Below, in pieces: positions 21,201 to 31,300 of a stretch of 64,000 nt of DNA. This stretch comes from Podarcis muralis (lineage: Eukaryota), in assembly GCF_964188315.1 (NCBI RefSeq), contig NC_135666.1, forward strand, positions 1,364,001 through 1,428,000. Reading direction: 5' to 3'. The notes beneath the pieces were generated by a model. It saw nothing but the letters and a program-made list of their open reading frames with translations, was not told the origin of the DNA and searched no databases. The number at the start of each line of letters is the position of its first letter. Positions within the stretch are counted from its first letter, which is position 1. The translations under genes were made by a program, and so were the position numbers.

Positions 21201-23675
21201 GCTGCAGTGTTCAGAACTGGGAGGTGTCCTTCAGGTGCCCCTCTATACCTGGAGTTTGCGGCCCCCGCAGGAGAGGGCCCTGATGGGGAAAGGGCTGCCA
21301 CATAGTGCCACCCCCAGCCGGGGAACCCCCAAAAAGAAAGGCAGCCCCAAGACACATGACGCCACGGCATGAATATTCAGGAAGGAAGCTTCCCAAGTTT
21401 ATTTAAATGCCATGCGGACGACTGTGTACAAGACTCAACACCTATATATATATATAATCGTCTTGGAACACAACAATGCAGGTATAGTATTTTTTAAAAG
21501 TAACTTTTTAAAAGTTGGGGGAAGGAAGTTTTTGGTATTGGCCCACATAAATGCCTGACTGACCTCACATACGCAAACTATCACACACAAAAGCAGTACC
21601 AAAGAACCACAGAACTGTTGGAAAGGACCCCCAAGGCTCATCTGGACTGACCCCCCGCAATACAGGTACCAGATGAGAAACAGAAATAGAAATGGTGAGT
21701 GGGTGATCAGGGCTGATGTTGTCTCTCTGGCCCTGATGGCCAGCTGTGCTGCTTGGAAAGCAAAAAAGAAAGGGTGGCAGGGGGGGGGGCTGGGCAGCAA
21801 GACCCCCAAATGACTGAGTCAACGAAACCCAGGACTTCCTGTGCTGCCATGACAGAAAAGATAGGGCAAAAACACAGAACTTCTACGTGGGCACCAAACT
21901 TCCATCTTTGCAAACTGCCTGACCAGATCAGTTTGAGGCGGCACCTGAGGGAGATGACAGGATCAGGCACAAATCCTCTTGCCTGGCTGGGGGTGGGGCT
22001 GACGGGAGCTGCTGCCCAACGGACTCCGCATCGCAGGCAATGAAAACAGTCCCCAGGAGACGGATCCAGGGCCACTGAGCTGCTCCTCGGACGCTTGCCA
22101 AGGAGGCCGATCTTCTGCCAAGAAGAGGCCAGGCAGTGCCCAACAACTGAGCTCCCACTGCACCCCAACAGCCTCTGAGGGAGAGGTGCCAGTTTCCCCT
22201 TTGGCAGGCTGTCAGCGCCTTGGCAGAAGGGCAAGCGGACCAGTGGGGGCCCCCAGAAGCCTCCCCTGGCATCAGTGCCACCTTGGCAAGGGCTGGAAGG
22301 CTGAGTCTGGCCCCTGCTCCAGAAAGGAGAGGCACCCACCCACCTGGGCCTCAGGACCTGGGGGGGATTTGTGCTCTGGCCACCTCACAGAATTGTGGAG
22401 CTGGAAGGGAACCCCAAGGGCCATCTAGTCCAACCCCCAGCGCTGAAGCTATCTCCACTGACCCTCTCGCTTCCATTTGGGCCTGAACATTTGCCTACCC
22501 CACCCCCGTTGTTAGCCATGCCCTCTTCCTGCCGCCCCGCCCTTGGCCTCACCGGTGCCATTCAGGCCAATGAGGCCGTAGCGCCGCCCCGAGTTGAGCT
22601 CCAGCCTGGTGTCGCTCAGCAGCTCCTGTCCGTGGAAGGTGAGGGAGAGGTTGATGATGTGGACGTCGGTGCTGTTGGGGTGCGAGGCGAGGACCCCCGT
22701 CACGGCGCGGGCGGCCGCCTTCTTCAGCTCAAAGTCCTCAATGGCCTTGGAGATGGTGTCCACATCTGGAGGGGGAATCACAGCCCCATGAGAACCTAGG
22801 GCTCCTCTCAGGGGGGGGGGAGGGAAGAGAGAACTGGGCGCCCCCCCCCCCCGTGCCAAACCCCTACCTTTCACAGGAGAGAGAGAAGGAAAGCTGCCTT
22901 CTGGAATGACACACAGCGGTTCTCCACCTGTGGGTCCCCAGATGTTGTTGGACTACAACTCCCATCATCCCTGAGCTCTGGCCTTGCTAGCTGGGGTGAT
23001 GGGAGTTGTAGTTCAAAAACATCTGGGGACCCACAGGTTGCTTTACAGGGTGTGTGACATCTGCACAAAGGGGGGGGGGGAGAGATAAAAACCCGGAGAG
23101 GGCAACAACCCCCGTGGCTCCTCACTGAGGACTGGAGCTTTGCTTGAGAGAAGGTGATGAATCCTCCCGGTGGGGGAGCCCCCTTAAGGGCAGCTTCGTG
23201 CCCCACACGCCGGCCCACGTGCCAGAGAAGGGGGGAGGGGGAGGAGCGGCCCTTCCGGGATGCTCACCCGGCTCGGCCCGGCGGAAGAGGGCGGCTCCTC
23301 ACTGAGGACTGGAGCCTTGCTTGAGAGGAGGCGCTGAATCACCCCGATGGGGGAGCCCTGCCCCACATGCGAGAGGAAGGAGCGGCTCTTCCGGGCAGAA
23401 AAAGGACTGGCGAGGGGGAAAGGGCGGAAGAGGGCAGCGACCTCCCCGCGGCTCCTCGCTGAGGACTGGCGCCTTGCCGGAGAGGCGCCGCTGAGCCCCC
23501 CTCCCCGCCCACCTGGCTCGGCGTCGGCCCCGTTGTCCTGGCGGCCCCCCCGGGCGGCCTCGGGCTCCCCGCCGGCGTCCTCGCCGTTCTCCTCGGGGCC
23601 TCTGCGGGGCCTCTGGCGGGCCTTGGCCGCCTCCTTCTTCTTGGCCGCCTTCTTCTTGGCCAGGTCCGACGGCAT
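12130..23675 (-). CDS. ABCF2: ATP-binding cassette sub-family F member 2, complete, 14 coding exons, 1887 nt / 628 aa
   Basis: Exons 23675-23513, 22765-22553, 20678-20496, 20336-20165, 20071-19976, 18700-18598, 18405-18310, 17770-17651, 16728-16639, 14935-14825, 14723-14661, 14354-14226, 13663-13460, 12273-12130. N-terminus [24 protein letters not shown]. Walker A GLNGTGKS and GPNGAGKST, signature FSGGWRMR and LSDGQKCR, Walker [12 protein letters not shown] and [11 protein letters not shown]. No transmembrane domain. Confidence 0.98.
12690..13200 (-). mobile_element. L2 LINE 3' fragment interrupted by a MITE
   Basis: Reverse complement of the L2 tail seen at 32675-33255; split at cagaTA|TAgttg. 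Confidence 0.8.
12875..13119. mobile_element. Tc1/mariner-type MITE (second family)
   Basis: cagtggtacc ... ggtatgactg termini; TA duplication restores the host L2 sequence. Confidence 0.85.
13460..13663 (-). CDS. ABCF2: ABCF2 coding exon 13
   Basis: [68 protein letters not shown]. Confidence 0.97.
14226..14354 (-). CDS. ABCF2: ABCF2 coding exon 12
   Basis: [43 protein letters not shown]. Confidence 0.97.
14661..14723 (-). CDS. ABCF2: ABCF2 coding exon 11
   Basis: [21 protein letters not shown]. Confidence 0.96.
14825..14935 (-). CDS. ABCF2: ABCF2 coding exon 10
   Basis: [37 protein letters not shown]. Confidence 0.97.
15285..16053 (+). mobile_element. Solo LTR (Gypsy-like) interrupted by a Sauria SINE
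   Basis: TGTTACG...CACAACA termini; flanks ataag / gtaag (5-bp TSD, one mismatch). Confidence 0.55.
15463..15818 (+). mobile_element. Sauria SINE, full length
   Basis: gggacgcgggtggcgctgtgggt head, ggttcgaatccc B-box, (accttt) tail, TSD ta(t/c)gctgattac. Confidence 0.92.
16080..16440 (-). mobile_element. CR1 LINE 3' end
   Basis: Reverse complement of the CR1 tails at 19540-19810 and 46125-46545. Confidence 0.65.
16639..16728 (-). CDS. ABCF2: ABCF2 coding exon 9
   Basis: [30 protein letters not shown]. Confidence 0.96.
16790..17300 (-). mobile_element. L1/Tx1-like LINE ORF2 3' fragment
   Basis: [15 protein letters not shown]...[18 protein letters not shown]...[15 protein letters not shown]. 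Confidence 0.7.
17651..17770 (-). CDS. ABCF2: ABCF2 coding exon 8
   Basis: [40 protein letters not shown]. Confidence 0.97.
18310..18405 (-). CDS. ABCF2: ABCF2 coding exon 7
   Basis: [32 protein letters not shown]. Confidence 0.97.
18598..18700 (-). CDS. ABCF2: ABCF2 coding exon 6
   Basis: [34 protein letters not shown]. Confidence 0.97.
18720..19470 (+). mobile_element. L2 LINE 3' fragment with compound (CTT)(ATT)(ACT) tail
   Basis: Peptide [11 protein letters not shown]...[12 protein letters not shown]...[13 protein letters not shown] plus the family 3' tail. Confidence 0.85.
19540..19810 (+). mobile_element. CR1 LINE 3' end
   Basis: tggaactccct...gccaccaacctggatggctttaaaagaagattagacaaattcatgg. 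Confidence 0.75.
19976..20071 (-). CDS. ABCF2: ABCF2 coding exon 5
   Basis: [31 protein letters not shown]. Confidence 0.97.
20165..20336 (-). CDS. ABCF2: ABCF2 coding exon 4
   Basis: [56 protein letters not shown]. Confidence 0.97.
20496..20678 (-). CDS. ABCF2: ABCF2 coding exon 3
   Basis: [60 protein letters not shown]. Confidence 0.97.
22553..22765 (-). CDS. ABCF2: ABCF2 coding exon 2
   Basis: [70 protein letters not shown]. Confidence 0.97.
22914..23042. mobile_element. Palindromic hAT-type MITE (same family as 52968-53103), one end eroded
   Basis: ggactacaactcccatcatccc ... gtgatgggagttgtagttc inverted arms. Confidence 0.75.
23117..23500. repeat. Degenerate tandem repeat (3 copies, period about 157-177 bp) in ABCF2 intron 1
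   Basis: gctcctc(a/g)ctgaggactgg(a/c)gc(c/t)ttgc at 23117, 23294 and 23451. Confidence 0.85.
23513..23675 (-). CDS. ABCF2: ABCF2 coding exon 1
   Basis: [54 protein letters not shown]; donor GTGGGC. Confidence 0.95.
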
Positions 23676-24349
23676 CGCGGGAGGAGGAGACCCGGCCTCG
23701 CTGCTCCCTCCTGCCTGGACTCCGCCGGCCTCTCGCTCTCTCGCTCGCTCGCTCGCTCTCGGCCGCGCTTTCCCTCCTGTCGCAACAGAGCAGCTGCCGC
23801 CGCCGCGTGCACCCTAGGCCCCGCCCCGCCCCGCCAATGGCCGCCCGAGACGTCAGCGCCCGCCGGGCCCCGGGGCACGCCGGGAAGGCGAGTCTGGGCG
23901 GACTGCGGCCCGGCCCGGCATGCCCCGCGCCTTGGGAAGGGGCACCCTGGGAAATGGAGTCCGCCCTCTTCCCCGGAGGGAGGCGCCGCTGGGGCGGAAG
24001 AAGAGGAGCGGGAGGAAGCGCGGGAGGCCGGGGACGGGAGGAGCGTGTGAACGCCAGACACGTGTCGGGGCCGAGCTGCGGAAGGGCAAGGGGCGGACGG
24101 GGGCGGAAGGTGAGCCCCGGGAGCCGGGGCAGGAGCGAGGGGGAAGCCGCCTCCATCCGAGGGGAAGGGGCAGACCGCCCCGTCGGGGCAGCCGGCCAGC
24201 CCCGCTCCGGCCTCTGCCCCACCGGGCGCGCGCGGGCGTCTCCTCGGCGCCTGCCCCCTCCTGCTAAGGGACCCCCGATGGCCCCTTCGTGCCCCCTCCC
24301 AGAGGGCGCGTCCCGGCGGGGGTGATGCTGCCCCGGCGCCCACCCGTCC

Positions 24350-24835
24350 CGATCTCTTTCCTCCCTCCCTCCCAGTTCTGCGCTTAGCCCCGGCCTTAGA
24401 CGGCGCGGTGGGGGTGTCCCCCTTGCCCTCCTCCCGGGGGCTCTTCGTGGGGGCGGGTGCTGCTGTCTTCCTTGCTGTCCAGGCGCCCATCCTCCCTGAC
24501 CTCCCTCCCAGCTCTGCCCCAAGCCCTCGCTTCAGACGGCGCGGGCGGGCGCACCGTCTCCTCGCTCCCTTTTGGGGGGCGCATTGTGGGGTGGGTGCCG
24601 CTGTCTTCCGTGCTGCCCAGGGGCGCCGTGGTGACCCCCTCCCTCCCTCCCTCCCCGCTCCCCGGTTTGCGCTTAGCCCCGGCCTTAGACGGCGCGGTGG
24701 GGGTGGTCCCCTTGCCCTCCTCCTGGGGGCACTTCGTGGGGTGGGTGCCGCTGTCTTCCATGGTGACCCCTTTCCTTCCTTCCTCCCTCCCCGCTCCCAG
24801 GTCTGCGCTTGGCCCCGGCCCTGGACGGCGCGTCC
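24350..24835. repeat. Degenerate tandem repeat (about 3.5 copies, period about 140-150 bp) upstream of the CHPF2 ATG
   Basis: tgcgcttagccccggccttagacggcgcggtggggg at about 24377 and 24668; variant copies at about 24510 and 24800; shared gggtgccgctgtcttcc. Confidence 0.85.
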
Positions 24836-24918
24836 GGCAAGGCGCCCCGCTGCCCCTCGGCTCGCCGCTCCATGGTCGCGGAGCCCCGGCTGCCCCGTCC
24901 GGGCGCCCGCCGCCGGCC

Positions 24919-25226
24919 ATGCGCGTGGCCACGGTGCTGGCGGTGCTGCGCCCGGCGCTGCCGCTGCTGCTGGGGCTCTCGCTGGGCTGCAGCCTGAGCC
25001 TGCTGCGCGTCTCCTGGATCCAGGGCGACGCCGGAGACTCTTGCGCCGACGCGGCCGGCGGAGCCGCGCTGGGCCATGGGCGCCAGCCCGACGGAGAGGG
25101 GCTGCCGGGGGCCGGAGGAGGAGCGGGGCCGGGCAGGAAGGAGGGCGAGGAGTCGCAGGAGGAGTTCAAGCCGCGCATCGTGCCTTACTACAGGGACCCC
25201 AGCAAGCCCTACAAGAAGGTGCTCAG
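24919..25226 (+). CDS. CHPF2: CHPF2 exon 1 coding part
   Basis: [19 protein letters not shown]...PYKKVLR; donor GTAAGG. Confidence 0.95.
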
Positions 25227-25342
25227 GTAAGGCGCTTAGGCTGGAGGGGGCAAGCCTTCTCCCCACAGCTGGGTTCCAGGGGCTTTGGGGAGGAGGAGGA
25301 CTGTCGTGCCAGAGGTAAGCAAGGCTTTTGCCAACAGTCCCA

Positions 25343-25391
<49 letters not shown>

Positions 25392-28300
25392 TATTTATAT
25401 CCCACCCTCCCCAGCCGAAGCTGGGCTCAGAGCGGCTAACAACAATAAAAGTAACACAGCATTCTAAAATCAATTCAAATCAGATTAATGGTAACCATTG
25501 GGCTAGAGTTCTGCGAGGATTGCCAAAGGAGGGGGTCAGACTGTGCCTTGGCCAAAGGCCTGGTGGAACAGCTCTGTCTTGCAGGCCCTGTGGAAAGATG
25601 TCAAGTCCCGCAGGGCCCTAGTCTCTCGTGACAGAGCCTTCCACTAGATTGGAGCCACAGCTGAAAAAGCCCTGGCTCTGGTTGAGGCCAACCTAACCAG
25701 TGTTGTGGCCTGGGACCTCCAAGGTGTTTTTGTTTGAAAACCGTAAGGTCCTCCGTGGGACATACCAGGAGAGGCGGTCCCGTAGGTACGAGGGTCCTAG
25801 GCCGTGAAGGGCTTTAAAGGTCAAAACCAGCACCTTAAACCTGGTTCTGTACCCCACCGGGAGCCAGTGCAGTTGGTAAAGCACTGGGGGAATGTGATCC
25901 CGTGGCAAGGACCCCGTAAGGAGTCTCGCCGCGGCATTCTGCACCCGCTGGAGTTTCTGGGTCAGTCTCAAGGGCAGCCCCACGTAGAGCGAGTTACAAT
26001 AATCAAGCCTGGAGGTGACCGCTGTGTGGATGACAGTGGCCAGGTCAAAGCCCTCTGGCTTTGGGGGAAGCAAAGACTCTCAGAAGAGAACTAGGAATCT
26101 AGATAGACTGCCTCTGTACCTGGAGGTTCCAGAAGAAGAGTCTGCCTGCCTGGTCCCTTTAGTCCAGCATCCACAGGGTTCAATCAGATGCCTATTATGG
26201 GAAGCCTGCAAGCAGGATTTGAACACAAGACCACCTGCTCCCTCCCACGGGAGGCGCAGCATAATCATCCTGGCTAAGAGCCCTTCATGGCCCTCTCCTC
26301 CTCCTCCATGAATTCGTCCAGTCTTCTTTTAAAGCCACCCAGATTGGTTGCCATCCCTGCCTCTTGTGGCCAGGAGTTCCGCAGTTTAACTCGGTGCTGT
26401 GTGAATAAATACTTCTTTTTCTCTGCCCTGAGTCTGACCAACATTCTGCTTCTTGGGATTCCCATGAGTTCCAGTGTCATGAGACTAAGGAGGGAAACTT
26501 TTCCTTTCTTACTTTCCCCATGCCGCGCATGATTTCAAAACCTTCGGTCAGGGCTTTCCTTTGGTGCGCTTCCTGTGCGCTGGGGACAACCCCACTTGGC
26601 TGCTGCTGCAGCTGCTCCCCACATTGCAGGAGGGAGTGGAGGCAGGGAGAGCAGCTGCTCAGCTGCAGTAATAATAATAATAATTTATTATTTATACTCC
26701 GCCCATCTGGCTGGGCTTCCCCAGTCACTCTGGGTGGCTTCCAACAAAATATTAAAATACCGTAATACATCAAACATCAAAAGCTTCCCTAAACAGTGAG
26801 CTGGTGGTGCCCTTTTCCCGGGAGAAGGGCCCGAGTGCCCCATGCACCCTTATCCAGGGGCTGCTGCTGCGATGCAGGTCTGTGGGGAGGGAGGAGCGTT
26901 CATGCTCACAAGGAGTTTTCCCTCCTTTTGTCTGTACCCCAGTGAACCTGTGATGTGCAAGTGCCCAGGAGCAGCGTTGTAAGTCTTCCCCCAAGTTGCG
27001 GTAGCTCATGCTCCCAGCTGCACCAGAGAGGTCTCTGGCCCCGTTGGTGGCCTGCGGTCAAGGAGCAGAGGCCAGAAACACAGGCCCATTCAGCGCTCTC
27101 CAGGCCAATATCGATGGGGCTTTCCTTCTTTAAGTTCTCAAAGCTCCTAACCGAGATCAGGGTGGTCCTCTGAACTAGCCAGATGTTTAACGGTCTCCTT
27201 GCCCCAAAATGGCAACTAGGCATTCTGTTTGGGCGACTGGAACCCTGGTTTAAGTGCCTAGCTTATATATCTTGAGTTTCTAACACTGAAAGGATCCAGG
27301 AGTCTCCTTGTCCCGCAATGACAAGCTCTGCTCCTCCCTGGTGTCCAAGAACGCGCAGGATACTGAGGAGAGTCAGACAGAGGTTAGAGGTACCCAGGCA
27401 CAGCTGGAGGGAAACATCCAGGAGGGGAGGAGCCATGGGGGGGGGAGCAGGGCCCCTAAGTCCTGGCAACTGCTCCATTGGGGCAACACCTACTGGGGAT
27501 GGTTGCTGAGACCACTAGGCTGAGTCTACGGTGGTACCTTGGTTCTCAAACGTCATCAGAATAGCCGACAGCTGCATCAGACGTTCAGCTTCCAAAAAAT
27601 GTTCGAAAACTGGAAGACTTACTTCTAGGTTTGCAGCATTCGTGAGCCGATTTGTTCATCAGCTAAGCTGTTTGAGAACCGAGGTACCACTGCATTTAGT
27701 TTCCTTGAATAAAGTGTTAGCTCTTTACAGGGAAGTTTTTTATGTGTGATGCTTTACTGTGCTTTTATAATTTGCTGGAAGCTGCCCCGTCAGATGGGCA
27801 GTGAGTAAATGAGTTGTTGTTGTGGTTGTGGTTGTGGTTGTTGTTACTACCTTCCCTGGCACTGGAGATTTGCTTCCTTTCTTGGTGACCTGCCCCTGAC
27901 TCCAGCCCGGACCGTACCTGTATGTTGCATTGCATCGTATCACAGTTTCAAGCGCCTTTTTACTTCTGTCGCTTTCCCCTTGAGACAAAAAGCTCTCCTT
28001 CTCCTCCTCCTTTCACAGGACGCGCTACATCCAGACGGAGCTGGGCTTCCGCGAGCGGCTCTTTGTGGCCGTGCTGACCTCCAAGGCCACCCTGGGCACC
28101 CTGGCCGTGGCCGTCAACAAGACGGCTGCCCACCACTTCCCCCACCTCCTCTACTTCACGGGGCTGCGAGGGGCCAAGGTGCCCCATGGCCTGGCGCTGG
28201 TGTCGCACGGGGACGAGCGTCCCGTGTGGCTCATGTACGAGACGGTGCGCTACGTCCACCAGCACTTTGGGGGCGACTTCGACTGGTTCTTCGTCATGCA

Positions 28301-31300
28301 GGACGACACCTACGTCCAGCCGGAGCGGCTCAAGGCGCTGGTGGCCCACCTGAGCATCCACCAGGACGTCTACCTGGGCCGGGCGGAGGAGTTCATTGGC
28401 GGGGACGAGCAGGCGCGCTATTGCCACGGCGGCTTCGGCTACCTGCTCTCCCGCAGCCTCCTCCTCAAGCTGCACCCCCACCTGGACAGCTGCCGCAACG
28501 AGATCCTCAGCCTGCGGCCGGATGAGTGGCTGGGCCGCTGCCTCGCAGACTTCCTGGGCACCAGCTGCACCTCCCAGCACCAGGTGGGCAGGCAGGAGTT
28601 CCACGGGGCTAGAGACAAGAGTCCCACAGGGCCAAGGGGCTGGGAGGTGGAGGGAGGGAGGCAGGCAGGAGTCCCACAGGGCCAAGGGGCTGGGAGATGG
28701 AGGGAGGGAGGGAGGCAGGCAGGAGTCCCACAGGGCCAAGGGGCTGGGAGATGGAGGGAGGGAGGGAGGCAGGCAGGAGTCCCACAGGGCCAAGGGGCTG
28801 GGAGATGGAGGGAGGGAGGCAGGCAGGAGTCCCACAGGGCCAAGGGGCTGGGAGGTGGAGGGAGGGAGGCAGGCAGGAGTCCCAGAGGGCCAAGGGGCTG
28901 GGAGATGGGGGCATGGAGGGAGGCAGGCAGGCAGGAGTCCCACAGGGCTAGAGACAAGAGTCCCACAGGGCCAAGGGGCTGGGAGATGGAGGGAGGGAGG
29001 GAGGCAGGCAGGAGTCCCACAGGGCCAAGGGGCTGGGAGATGGAGGGAGGGAGGGAGGCAGGCAGGAGTCCCACAGGGCCAAGGGGCTGGGAGATGGAGG
29101 GAGGGAGGCAGGCAGGAGTCCCACAGGGCCAAGGGGCTGGGAGGTGGAGGGAGGGAGGCAGGCAGGAGTCCCAGAGGGCCAAGGGGCTGGGAGATGGGGG
29201 CATGGAGGGAGGCAGGCAGGCAGGAGTCCCACAGGGCTAGAGACAAGAGTCCCACAGGGCCAAGGGGCTGGGAGATGGAGGGAGGGAGGCAGGCAGGAGT
29301 CCCACAGGGCCAAGGGGCTGGGAGATGGAGGGAGGGAGGGAGGCAGGCAGGAGTCCCACAGGGCCAAGGGGCTGGGAGATGGAGGGAGGGAGGGAGGCAG
29401 GCAGGAGTCCCACAGGGCCAAGGGGCTGGGAGATGGAGGGAGGGAGGGAGGCAGGCAGGAGTCCCAGAGGGCCAAGGGGCTGGGAGATGGGGGCATGGAG
29501 GGAGGCAGGCAGGCAGGAGTCCCACAGGGCTAGAGACAAGAGTCCCACAGGGCCAAGGGGCTGGGAGATGGAGGGAGGGAGGGAGGCAGGCAGGAGTCCC
29601 ACAGGGCCAAGGGGCTGGGAGATGGAGGGAGGGAGGCAGGCAGGAGTCCCACAGGGCCAAGGGGCTGGGAGGTGGAGGGAGGGAGGCAGGCAGGAGTCCC
29701 ACAGGGCCAAGGGGCTGGGAGATGGAGGGAGGGAGGGAGGCAGGCAGGAGTCCCACAGGGCCAAGGGGCTGGGAGATGGAGGGAGGGAGGGAGGCAGGCA
29801 GGAGTCCCACAGGGCCAAGGGGCTGGGAGGTGGAGGGAGGGAGGCAGGCAGGAGTCCCACAGGGCCAAGGGGCTGGGAGATGGAGGGAGGGAGGGAGGCA
29901 GGCAGGAGTCCCACAGGGCCAAGGGGCTGGGAGATGGAGGGAGGGAGGCAGGCAGGAGTCCCACAGGGCCAAGGGGCTGGGAGGTGGAGGGAGGGAGGCA
30001 GGCAGGAGTCCCACAGGGCCAAGGGGCTGGGAGGTGGAGGGAGGGAGGCAGGCAGGAGTCCCACAGGGCCAAGGGGCTGGGAGGTGGAGGGAGGGAGGCA
30101 GGCAGGAGTCCCAGAGGGCCAAGGGGCTGGGAGATGGGGGCATGGAGGGAGGCAGGCAGGCAGGAGTCCCACAGGGCTAGAGACAAGAGTCCCACAGGGC
30201 CAAGGGGCTGGGAGATGGAGGGAGGGAGGCAGGCAGGAGTCCCACAGGGCCAAGGGGCTGGGAGATGGAGGGAGGGAGGCAGGCAGGCAGGAGTCCCACA
30301 GGGCCAAGGGGCTGGGAGATGGAGGGAGGGAGGGAGGCAGCCAGGAGTCCCACAGGGCTAGAGACCAGAGTCCCACAGGGCCAAGGGGCTGGGAGATGGA
30401 GGGAGGGAGGCAGGCAGGAGTCCCACAGGGCCAAGGGGCTGGGAGATGGAGGGAGGGAGGCAGGCAGTCAGGCAGCCAGGAGTCCCACAGGGCTAGAGAC
30501 CAGAGTCCCACAGGGCCAAGGGGCTGGGAGATGGAGGGAGGGAGGCAGGCAAGAGTCCCACAGGGCCAAGGGGCTGGGAGATGGAGGGAGGCAGGCAGGC
30601 AGGCAGGCAGCCAGGAGTCCCACAGGGCTAGAGACAAGAGTCCCACAAGGCCAAAGGGCTGGGAGATGGGGGCATGGAGGGAGGGAGGCAGTCTGGAGTC
30701 CCACAGGGCCAAGAGGCTAGGAGATGAGGCCAGGCAGGCAGGAGTCCTACAGGTCCAGAGGCAAGAGTCCCATGGGGCCAAGAGGCTAGGAGATGGAGCA
30801 AGGCAGGCAGGTAGGCAGGCAGGCAGGAGTCCCACAGGTCCAGAGGCAAGAGTCCCATGGGGCCAAGAGGCTAGGAGTTGAGGCTAGGCAGGCAGGACTC
30901 CCACAGGGCCGAGGCTGGGAGATGAAGCCAGGCATGAGCCCCACAGGGTGAAGAGGCTAGGAGATGAGGCCAGGCAGGCAGGAGTCCCACAGAGCCAGAG
31001 CTGCTCCAGGGAAGCCAGTGCCCTCTTTACGCTTTGGAGTCCCTCCCAGCGGGTCACCTGAGCGAATGATGTGGGGCTCACTCAGCCTCTGACTTGCTAC
31101 TTCTGTCTCTCTGGGGTTTTTCAATATCTAGGGAGGCAGTGAGGGGGGACTTGGGAGACAGGGGTTGGTTAAGGCAGGCCTGGCCTGCTTCCTGGTCTGC
31201 TTCAAAGAGGACTGCCTTTGCCCAACAGCCCCATAGTAGTGGCTTGCTTGGGCTTAGGGGGCAACGCTAGTCCCAAGGCAAACCTCCACATTCTGAGAAG

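Larger units (their letters stand above)
23200..25250. promoter_or_regulatory. CpG island / bidirectional promoter shared by ABCF2 and CHPF2
   Basis: Very CpG-dense. The two ATGs are 1.24 kb apart head-to-head. Tandem GC boxes 23819-23835, CCAAT 23834-23838, CRE-like GACGTCA 23849-23855. Confidence 0.85.

Noticed and set aside
23299-25473. Multiple 250-400 aa Arg/Gly/Pro-rich ORFs
   Set aside because: Expected stop-codon depletion in a CpG island; the only recognisable parts are ABCF2 and CHPF2 exon 1
27960-30881. Very long ORFs (up to 727 aa) on both strands
   Set aside because: They are translations of the stop-poor minisatellite in CHPF2 intron 2; only 28019-28583 is real coding sequence
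28585-30995. CRISPR-like array
   Set aside because: Head-to-tail tandem units with no unique spacers and no cas genes, in a vertebrate intron
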